UHGV virus genome: UHGV-0102636
Origin: a virus
Length of the DNA: 39,539 nucleotides
Strand: one strand, 5' to 3'
A program made the position numbers and the translations under genes. Positions 1 through 6,291 of this stretch are shown one piece after another (position 1 is the first letter of the stretch; each line of letters starts with the position of its first letter). A model generated the notes under the pieces. It saw nothing but the letters and a program-made list of their open reading frames with translations. It did not search any database and was not told the DNA's origin.

Positions 1-55
1 CTTTTTTGTCCTCCCCCTCAGGTCTTTTTTGTCCATAGGGTAGGTCTTTTTTGTC
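1..55 (+). repeat. Iterons AGGTCTTTTTTGTC inside the initiator gene (lytic origin candidate)
   Basis: Four copies, at 39512, 39536 (spanning the junction), 20 and 42, spaced 22-24 bp apart; AT-rich TATTATT runs at ~39450-39510. Confidence 0.8.
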
Positions 56-349
56 ATTACAATATGCAATTCTAAGATACCTTTTATCCACTTCTTTTGT
101 TCCAGGTTTATAAGTAATATCTGAAGTAATGTACCCTGCATCAACTAGACTTTTTATCCATCTTCTAACTTGCCTATCAGTAACTTTATATAGCCCAGCA
201 AAATAATCATTGCTTGCCCAGCAATATCCCTTTTCATTTGAAAGAGCTGTAATTTCTCCATAAAGCAACTTTGCATTTGGTGCAAGCTCTACATCGTACC
301 TAATATTTGCAGGTATAATCGCATAATATGATTTATGTATTTCTCCCAT
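1..349 (-). CDS. Phage replication initiator, N-terminal part (HTH_36-like wHTH); continues across the circular junction into 39151-39539
   Basis: Not in ORF track. ATG at 349 after SD AGGAGG. Translates MGEIHKSYYAIIPANIRYDVELAPNAKLLYGEITALSNEKGYCWASNDYFAGLY..., typical of Firmicute phage initiators. Frame runs uninterrupted across 1/39539 (245 aa total). Confidence 0.9.
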   Translation of the reverse strand, partial: MGEIHKSYYAIIPANIRYDVELAPNAKLLYGEITALSNEKGYCWASNDYFAGLYKVTDRQVRRWIKSLVDAGYITSDITYKPGTKEVDKRYLRIAYCNDKKDLPYGQKRPEGEDKK

Positions 350-358
350 AACAACCTC

Positions 359-625
359 CTAATTTAGTCTGCGTATCAACCATTTCCCACTTAAATAATC
401 TTCCAAGTATATTTCTACTTTGCATACTCCCCCACTGTTGTTTGGTCGATATGCTTCTATATATCCAAAATCTGCATGTGAAATGATTGCATTATATATC
501 GTGCCATCGTGATACTTAGCCTCAATGCACACTCCTTTGAAAAATTTGTCTATATCAAATACTTCTTGTTTTTTTGTAACAGGAATGTTTAAAACTCTTC
601 TTGTTGGAACAATTATTGTATTCAT
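359..625 (-). CDS. Hypothetical early protein
   Basis: 88 aa ORF with SD AAGGAG, in the operon upstream of the initiator. Confidence 0.7.
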   Translation of the reverse strand: MNTIIVPTRRVLNIPVTKKQEVFDIDKFFKGVCIEAKYHDGTIYNAIISHADFGYIEAYRPNNSGGVCKVEIYLEDYLSGKWLIRRLN

Positions 626-639
626 TTATTTTTCTCCTT

Positions 640-798
640 TTATTTGCATCCTGAAGATGTATTTTTATTGCAAGGTCTTACACATTGAATTGCTAATAGC
701 ACATCTGCAGCTACATTTAAGTAATTTACCTGCTCTGGGCACATATCTTTAATCTTTAAAATAAGTGCAAGTTTTTTTGTTTCCTCTTTTGTTGACAA
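640..798 (-). CDS. 52-aa small protein in the cro position (no obvious HTH)
   Basis: TTG start after SD AAGGGTGA; MSTKEETKKLALILKIKDMCPEQVNYLNVAADVLLAIQCVRPCNKNTSSGCK; first gene of the leftward early operon. Confidence 0.7.
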   Translation of the reverse strand: MSTKEETKKLALILKIKDMCPEQVNYLNVAADVLLAIQCVRPCNKNTSSGCK

Positions 799-917
799 AG
801 TATCACCCTTTTTTTTATTTTTTGATAACTTGTAATATAATATTAAAGTATTTTAGATTTTTTGTCAACAATATTTTTTTATTTATTGTTGACTTGTTAT
901 CATTTTAGGCATACAAT
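789..917. promoter_or_regulatory. Divergent lysis/lysogeny promoters with repeated TTGTTGAC operator candidates
   Basis: Plus TTGACT(889)-N17-TACAAT(912); minus TTGACA(868)-N17-TAATAT(845). TTGTTGAC at 789(+), 886(+) and 864-871(-), the latter two overlapping the -35 boxes. Confidence 0.65.
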
Positions 918-939
918 TATATTAGTAAGGAGGTGAATC

Positions 940-1323
940 ATGGAATCAATTAATAGCCGCATAAAAATCTTGCGTGAGCACTTAAATCTTAGTCAGGAGG
1001 AATTTGCAAATCAGATAGGTTTCAAAAGGAATTCTGTATCTTTGATTGAAAATGGAAATAGGAATATTTCTGAAAAAGGTATTAAAGTAATTTTAGAAAA
1101 GTTCCCAGTTTATGAAGAATGGCTTCGTAATGGTAATGGGGAAATGCTATATGACTATACGCCAGAAGAAAAATTTACACTTCTTTTAGCTGATATTAAG
1201 GCTTCTAACAATAGTTCATTAAAACAATTAATAGAAAAAATTAATTATCTTGATGAGGAATATCTGCATGTGCTTGAAGTAATGGTTGATGCGTTAATAA
1301 ACAAAAAGCCACCGATAAATTAA
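940..1323 (+). CDS. XRE-family HTH repressor (CI-like, no S24 autopeptidase domain)
   Basis: RIKILREHLNLSQEEFANQIGFKRNSVSLIENG HTH and EEWLRNGNGEM motif; divergent from the early operon; only 127 aa. Confidence 0.9.
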   Translation: MESINSRIKILREHLNLSQEEFANQIGFKRNSVSLIENGNRNISEKGIKVILEKFPVYEEWLRNGNGEMLYDYTPEEKFTLLLADIKASNNSSLKQLIEKINYLDEEYLHVLEVMVDALINKKPPIN

Positions 1324-1337
1324 TCGGTGGCTTTTTT
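1303..1337. terminator. Bidirectional intrinsic terminator
   Basis: AAAAAGCCACCGAT-aaatta-ATCGGTGGCTTTTT between convergent genes. Confidence 0.85.
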
Positions 1338-1446
1338 ATATTAATTTTAATATTCTCTTGGCAAATAAATAAATCGTCCTAAATCTTGTGTCTTGTTCAT
1401 TTAGTGCACTTATAATTTCAATAAGTTCTTGTTTCAATTCAAACAT
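1336..1446 (-). CDS. 36-aa peptide, putative SOS-induced antirepressor
   Basis: MFELKQELIEIISALNEQDTRFRTIYLFAKRILKLI (start may be the TTG three codons later). Has its own consensus promoter and LexA box; ends at the bidirectional terminator. Confidence 0.65.
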   Translation of the reverse strand: MFELKQELIEIISALNEQDTRFRTIYLFAKRILKLI

Positions 1447-1491
1447 CCCCTTGTTGTATAGTTCTAGCAAAACCCTTTTGTTGAATAATAT

Positions 1492-1505
1492 CGAACACAC
1501 GTTCT
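1492..1505. promoter_or_regulatory. LexA (Cheo) SOS box
   Basis: CGAACACACGTTCT matches Firmicute CGAAC-N4-GTTC; lies just downstream of the minus-strand promoter. Confidence 0.8.
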
Positions 1506-1518
1506 TATCTTAAAAAAT

Positions 1519-1547
1519 ATTATAGTATAATCTTTATTTTTTTTCAA
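1519..1547 (-). promoter_or_regulatory. SigA promoter of the 36-aa peptide
   Basis: TTGAAA(1547-1542)-N17-TATAAT(1524-1519). Confidence 0.75.
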
Positions 1548-1618
1548 CATTTTGTGCATATTTCATTATTTTTTACCACTTTTATATGTATTAATATCAT
1601 AATAAATATTAAATATGT

Positions 1619-1646
1619 ATAATTTTATACTATAGTATAAAATTAT
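1619..1646. repeat. Perfect 28-bp palindrome (operator candidate)
   Basis: ATAATTTTATACTA|TAGTATAAAATTAT. Confidence 0.7.
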
Positions 1647-1800
1647 TTTAGATATAGCACCTAACATATATATATTAAAATATTTTTTTATTTTCGCTTG
1701 TAGTCTCAATAAAAACAACGGATTATTTTAATCAGCAATTAACTTTTAGCTCATGGTGTTATTATCTAGACATAACTACATACAGAAAAAGGGTTGCACT

Positions 1801-2199
1801 ATGGATTTATTAAATGATGATTTTGGTAAAAGATTAAAACTTATAAGAGAATCACGAGAAATGACACAAGCTGAACTTGCAAGATACACAAGTATGTCTA
1901 ACCAAACTATCTCTAACTTAGAAAGAGGATATACCAAAACAATAAGTTATCTAGATTTAACAGCTATTTCGAAGGCCTTAAAATGTAAATTAGGTGATTT
2001 AGTGCCTGGGGTAGAAGAACTATCATATAACGACTACCAAGACCTTTATTACCAAATAAAGAAAATACACGATTTACTTGATAGTAATGCAAAGTTAAAA
2101 ATTAATAATAAAATGCTTGATAGGGAAACGAGAGAGCTTATAAGGATTTCTCTTGATAGTACTCTTAAAATTATTGAAGTTAAAACTGGCAATCGATGA
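1801..2199 (+). CDS. Second XRE-family HTH regulator (ImmR-like C-terminus)
   Basis: FGKRLKLIRESREMTQAELA...QTISNLERG HTH; C-terminal LDRETRELIRISLD; likely start is the ATG at 1801. Confidence 0.85.
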   Translation: MDLLNDDFGKRLKLIRESREMTQAELARYTSMSNQTISNLERGYTKTISYLDLTAISKALKCKLGDLVPGVEELSYNDYQDLYYQIKKIHDLLDSNAKLKINNKMLDRETRELIRISLDSTLKIIEVKTGNR

Positions 2200-2227
2200 G
2201 CTGCTACAATGTAGTAGCTCTTTTTTT
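2198..2227 (+). terminator. Intrinsic terminator
   Basis: GAGCTGCTAC-aat-GTAGTAGCTC followed by a T run. Confidence 0.75.
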
Positions 2228-2687
2228 ATGCCCTAAATCTAAAATAAGCATAAATAACACCAGCTAAAGCAAAAAACACGCCATACTCTCCGCCCCCACC
2301 TGTACGTATTCTTGCTAGAGAAAACTTCCTCCCATATGGCCATAGCCACGGCACTCCGCTTGGATTAAGGCTATCTAATATAAGATGCGATATACACCCC
2401 CAAAATAAGCCCACACACAGCCCTTTCCACATACCCATTAGTAAACATACACCTAATACTATAAATGTAAACAGGAGGCTATGCGTAAGCGTTCTATGCC
2501 CGAATCCTGCAAGCACGCTCGTAGATCTGGCCCTTTTATTAAGAATTGCCCCCGGATGATCTAAATCTGGAATTAGCGAACCCAGTGCAGCCCCTGCCAT
2601 AAACGTCAAAGGCCCTCCCGTAGGAAATATTGCATATGCTATACCACCTACTGCAATTCCACCCGCTATATGTGTCATATATGTCAT
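2226..2687 (-). CDS. YdjM-family inner-membrane metal-dependent hydrolase
   Basis: TH...GSLIPDLDHP...GHRTLTHSL...SHLILDSLNPSGVPWLWP motifs; several hydrophobic segments. Confidence 0.85.
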   Translation of the reverse strand: MTYMTHIAGGIAVGGIAYAIFPTGGPLTFMAGAALGSLIPDLDHPGAILNKRARSTSVLAGFGHRTLTHSLLFTFIVLGVCLLMGMWKGLCVGLFWGCISHLILDSLNPSGVPWLWPYGRKFSLARIRTGGGGEYGVFFALAGVIYAYFRFRA

Positions 2688-2724
2688 GTGCTACCACTCC
2701 TTTTATTTAGAAGTATTAGCTAGA

Positions 2725-3585
2725 CTAATTGTCCCCATACATTTTTTCTATATATTCCATTTCTCTACGTTCAAGTTCTGCCATATCCCAGTTATGAGAA
2801 TACGTCCTAGTAAAGGTATTATTTTTAGGCACAGTATTAACCGTAGATGCCTCTTTTTTTGTTGTAGATACATTTATACCATTAATACAAACGGATTCAA
2901 TATAAGCAAAATTAGGCTTATTAGCTTTACGAATACCTACTTTAATTGCAGACACAACTTTTTCATTTCCATAAGAGGTTATTAGATTAAGTAGTAATTC
3001 TTTTTCTGATTTAGATAATCTTTTAATTCCTCGATAATCTTTATATAGTGTTATCACATCTTCATCTTCTTCTGAAGAAGGAACTGATGAGGATGAATTA
3101 TTTTCTTTTTTAGTTATTTTCTTTTTATCCCTATTTTCTTTATATGTGTCCGATTTTCCGATTTCGGATTTTCCGATTTCCGTTTTTCGGTTTTCGGATA
3201 AAGAAGATGTATCTTCACCGTATTCTGATTTTCGGTTTCTGGATGAACCCATTGATTCTATTGGTTTCATATATACAGTATATCTAACACCTGCCATTTT
3301 ACCTTTTGAATCTCTAAGCTGTTCTTTACTTAAAAAACCTGCTTCAATGAGCTCTTGTAGACCTGCTGCAACACTTGCTTTTCCATCGCTTTTTAGTGCA
3401 GTAAGTGATTTAATATAAATTTTATGATTAGGGCTATTTTGAAACTGAAGTATTTGACAGTATATGCCTACAGCTTTAAAACTTAATGTTCTTACATTAA
3501 AAATATAATTAGGTATAGTAGTAAAACCAGCAAATTCATTAGAAAATACAAATTCTGTTTCATTGTTAAATTTTTTTTCAGACAT
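2725..3585 (-). CDS. Second (plasmid-type) replication initiator, wHTH plus DnaD-like C-terminus
   Basis: FTTIPNYIF..LSFKAVGIY N-terminus, repeat-encoded linker, NFAYIESV DnaD-like motif; attenuator leader and DnaA boxes upstream; near the par genes. Confidence 0.75.
   Translation of the reverse strand: MSEKKFNNETEFVFSNEFAGFTTIPNYIFNVRTLSFKAVGIYCQILQFQNSPNHKIYIKSLTALKSDGKASVAAGLQELIEAGFLSKEQLRDSKGKMAGVRYTVYMKPIESMGSSRNRKSEYGEDTSSLSENRKTEIGKSEIGKSDTYKENRDKKKITKKENNSSSSVPSSEEDEDVITLYKDYRGIKRLSKSEKELLLNLITSYGNEKVVSAIKVGIRKANKPNFAYIESVCINGINVSTTKKEASTVNTVPKNNTFTRTYSHNWDMAELERREMEYIEKMYGDN
3150..3240 (+). repeat. Rep-internal direct repeats (plasmid origin candidate)
   Basis: GATTTTCCGATTTC at 3152 and 3167; TTTTCGGTTT at 3184 and 3229. 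Confidence 0.65.
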
Positions 3586-3631
3586 AAAAAATACACTCTC
3601 CTTTTTTTGGTATGCAAAAGAGAGTGTTTCT
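3586..3631 (-). promoter_or_regulatory. rep leader hairpin sequestering the SD / attenuator
   Basis: Minus ACACTCTCTTTT pairs with AAAAGGAGAGTGT (contains the SD), followed by a U run and the ATG. Confidence 0.65.
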
Positions 3632-3667
3632 ATTGATTTTATATTTATTATGGGTTATACTATCTAC

Positions 3668-3753
3668 ATAATTAATACAAAGGTTAAGAAACACTTTCGG
3701 ACACCTTACAGATGATAGTCTCCAAACTATTAATCCATCTGTGAGGTGTTTTT
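3668..3753 (+). ncRNA. Antisense copy-control RNA (ctRNA) candidate
   Basis: Promoter TTGATT(3633)-N17-TATACT(3656). Stem ACACCTTACAGATG/CATCTGTGAGGTGT with a U-G pair that works only on the plus strand; T run at the end. Confidence 0.7.
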
Positions 3754-3789
3754 GCATGCCAATATTTAATTTTTTTAGATTTATATATT

Positions 3790-3894
3790 ATTATACTAGT
3801 TAACTCATTGATACACAACATAATAATTGTGGATACCTGTCATTTTTTTATGGATTTTGTAATAGTTTATACACAGGATACTAATTGTGTATAT
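3790..3894 (-). promoter_or_regulatory. rep promoter and four DnaA boxes
   Basis: TTGTGT(3818)-N17-TATAAT(3795). TTATACACA at 3867-3875 is perfect; one-mismatch boxes at 3809, 3828 and 3886. Confidence 0.65.
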
Positions 3895-3934
3895 ATAATT
3901 CAAGAGGGGATGCTGATTAATCCCCTCTCAATAG

Positions 3935-4177
3935 TTAATTTGTTTCTTCTAAAAACTTGACCTTGCCTTCAATAAACTCTTTCAAAGCATAAGGCATATC
4001 TTTATATAAGAAGTTGTCGGGTAAGCTATCATGAAACTCTGTATCATATTCGAGCACCTGAAGGAACGTTTCAATCTTAGGAGAATATGGACCTTGATAA
4101 CCATTTTCTTTAGTATCTTCGATGAAATCATTTAGATACTCTAATAATAGCTTACATAGTGCTAATTCGCTGATCAT
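3935..4177 (-). CDS. Hypothetical acidic protein
   Basis: 80 aa; SD AGGAGGT; hairpin at 3903-3928 downstream. Confidence 0.7.
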   Translation of the reverse strand: MISELALCKLLLEYLNDFIEDTKENGYQGPYSPKIETFLQVLEYDTEFHDSLPDNFLYKDMPYALKEFIEGKVKFLEETN

Positions 4178-4200
4178 AGTAGACTACCTCCTATAAATTA

Positions 4201-4359
4201 TTAATTTGCTTGCTCAAATTTATCACAACTGAAATCTTCTTCAACTACACCTTCATCGTCTCTATGCTCTCTCTTTTCGCATATAAGCACTTTAAATCGC
4301 TCTACTGAATAAAAGTGTCTGTCATATGCCCAAATACAATTAACGCATTTCTTTTCCAT
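4201..4359 (-). CDS. 52-aa Cys-rich (possibly Zn-binding) protein
   Basis: Not in track; SD AAAGGGG; MEKKCVNCIW...LICEK...FSCDKFEQAN. Confidence 0.65.
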   Translation of the reverse strand: MEKKCVNCIWAYDRHFYSVERFKVLICEKREHRDDEGVVEEDFSCDKFEQAN

Positions 4360-4424
4360 TTAATTAACCCCTTTCACTATCTAAAAAGATTATTTGAAAG
4401 GGCCAGTAGACTGGCCCCAGTATA

Positions 4425-5363
4425 CTATTTAATTTGAAGAAGATACCCTGTAGCATTTGCATATAAGCTAGTAAGTTGATTTACCTTTTGCTTATGTGGA
4501 AGAGAAATGCCTGTTATCTTATCCATCAAGTCAGCTCCACCACCAACTAAGTAAATTTTACGTGATTTCATATCAGTAAACTTTTTATTAATTTCAGTAA
4601 CAAGGCTGTCTACTACTGTTGTAGCTGAATAAAGGTAGCTATTAATATCAAACTCACCTTTTTCTGTAAGTACGATAGGGTTATTTAAGAAAATAGTCTC
4701 TATAGATGAAACGTCAGTAATAGATTTTGTTTTTTCTTTATCAAGTATTTCTGTCTTAATGGCATCGTAGATATTATACAACCCTTTATCAGCTGTCATA
4801 TATCCGTCTATTTGCCATTTAGAAAGGTTTTTGTTATAAGTTATACCTATTGCATCTGTAGTGCCGAAACCTACGTCTACAATCAATGCAGAATAATTTT
4901 TATCTATAGCAGGTAACAGATTGATAAATGCACTATACCCCTCTGAGCATATCTTAATGCTTTTTACTTTGATTAGCATAGGCTCACTATTTACTTCACC
5001 ATCTAGAACTACATTTGTAAGGTTTTTAACCTTATCTTCAAAATCTTCTTTTTTGCTGCTCTTGTATAAATCCAACGGAAGTCCAAGGGCTAAATCTATT
5101 TCTCTTACTTTTTCACTTGAACCATACAGTTCATATGCACCAAGTAGTATAGTTTCTTTGATATATTTCCTATCAGTCTTATCTACTTCTACAAGACTAT
5201 CGCCTACTCCAAAATGAAGCGTTTTACCTGCATGAGATACGACGTAATTTGTATCAAGAGAATTTTTAGATACTAATGATCTTACGACCTTGAATACTGG
5301 TTGACCGTCAACTTCTCCTGCAAATTTCATATTGCTGTTTCCTAAATCAATTGCTAATTTCAT
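4425..5363 (-). CDS. parM: ParM/StbA actin-like partition ATPase
   Basis: AIDLGNSNMK, IVDVGFGTTD and LVGGGA actin-fold motifs. Confidence 0.9.
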   Translation of the reverse strand: MKLAIDLGNSNMKFAGEVDGQPVFKVVRSLVSKNSLDTNYVVSHAGKTLHFGVGDSLVEVDKTDRKYIKETILLGAYELYGSSEKVREIDLALGLPLDLYKSSKKEDFEDKVKNLTNVVLDGEVNSEPMLIKVKSIKICSEGYSAFINLLPAIDKNYSALIVDVGFGTTDAIGITYNKNLSKWQIDGYMTADKGLYNIYDAIKTEILDKEKTKSITDVSSIETIFLNNPIVLTEKGEFDINSYLYSATTVVDSLVTEINKKFTDMKSRKIYLVGGGADLMDKITGISLPHKQKVNQLTSLYANATGYLLQIK

Positions 5364-5384
5364 AATAAACCCCCTAGTATTTTT

Positions 5385-5642
5385 TTAAAATGCATCAACT
5401 TCATCTTCATTAAAGTTTTCATTAACTATTACCTTTTCTTCCTCTATATCTTCAACTGTATTTTCTACAGTATCATTTTTAGGGATAAAGGTTGTTCTTG
5501 CTGCACCATTTTTTTCAGCTAAATAATCTGAATAAAGCAATTCTTTAATATATACTCCTGGGTTAAGCTTTGACTTTACCCATTCATATAGTTCTAATTC
5601 AGTTTGGTTTTCTTTGAAAGATAAGTTAAGTTGTTTTGCCAT
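5385..5642 (-). CDS. parR: ParR-like adaptor (RHH N-terminus, acidic tail)
   Basis: ATG at 5642 after SD AAAGGTGA; MAKQLNLSFKENQTELELYEWVKSK..YIKELL; directly upstream of parM. Confidence 0.7.
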   Translation of the reverse strand: MAKQLNLSFKENQTELELYEWVKSKLNPGVYIKELLYSDYLAEKNGAARTTFIPKNDTVENTVEDIEEEKVIVNENFNEDEVDAF

Positions 5643-5674
5643 GCAATCACCTTTCTTTTGTCTAGTAGTTTGTA

Positions 5675-5800
5675 TTAACTTATATAACCTAATATAAATT
5701 ATATAGCCGATTAAAGGAAAATGCAAGAGTATTTTAATATAAAGTTATATAAGGTTATACATAAACATATAAACTACTTTAATATAAAATTATATAAAAA
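5675..5800. promoter_or_regulatory. parC-like centromere around the par promoter
   Basis: Minus TTGCAT(5726)-N17-TATAAT(5703), flanked on both sides by ~10-11-bp-spaced (T/A)ATATAA units. Confidence 0.6.
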
Positions 5801-5828
5801 AATAGGCTTAGAAAAAGTACTAAGCCCT
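5797..5828 (-). terminator. Intrinsic terminator of the ftsK/relaxase operon
   Basis: Minus GGCTTAG-loop-CTAAGCC-TATTTTTT. Confidence 0.6.
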
Positions 5829-5863
5829 GAATAAAATAGTTTAATGCGGGTATAATATATATA

Positions 5864-6291
5864 AACTTAGGCTTTGGCTGTTGCGGGAACAGTCTTAGCT
5901 TTCTTCTTCACTTTAACGATTCTATACCCATTTACATTAATACTTGTGATAAGGGCATTATAAAATAGGAATAGTAAGTTAAAGTAAGGAAAAAGGAGTA
6001 CGAGGAAAATCTTATGATTGAACCCTCTGTATTCCTTTTTTGTTTTTAGGATTAAATAGTTAAACAAGAACAGTGTGACACATAGTGTTGAAACTGATAG
6101 GTTTAACTTAAAATCCATCAAGTAATTTAATAAAGCTTCTTCCATTTGTACTTCATCCTTTCATAAGTAAATTAATTAGTTAATGATGTTTAATAAGACC
6201 TATGCGGTGGCTCGTGCCTGTGCGGGTAATATTAAACTGCATGATCTATTAAGAAAACTACGCAAGAAGTAGTATTAATAATAGCTAGGTT
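5864..6291 (+). ncRNA. Large multibranched structured RNA (or ssDNA element) candidate
   Basis: Ends pair (AACTTAG/CTAGGTT), enclosing about 7 consecutive hairpins; several G-U pairs work only on the plus strand; TATAAT at 5851. Confidence 0.55.
5867..6145 (-). CDS. Possible small membrane protein (may be a shadow of the antisense RNA)
   Basis: 92 aa, two hydrophobic segments, SD AAAGGA; fully overlapped by the plus-strand structure. Confidence 0.4.
   Translation of the reverse strand: MEEALLNYLMDFKLNLSVSTLCVTLFLFNYLILKTKKEYRGFNHKIFLVLLFPYFNLLFLFYNALITSINVNGYRIVKVKKKAKTVPATAKA

Noticed and set aside
1619..1646. Palindrome as a telRL site of a linear N15-like prophage
   Set aside because: No protelomerase-sized gene is recognisable and the palindrome is short.
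5643..5726. N-terminal extension of ParR in the ORF track
   Set aside because: It overlaps the par promoter and centromere; a good SD supports the ATG at 5642.
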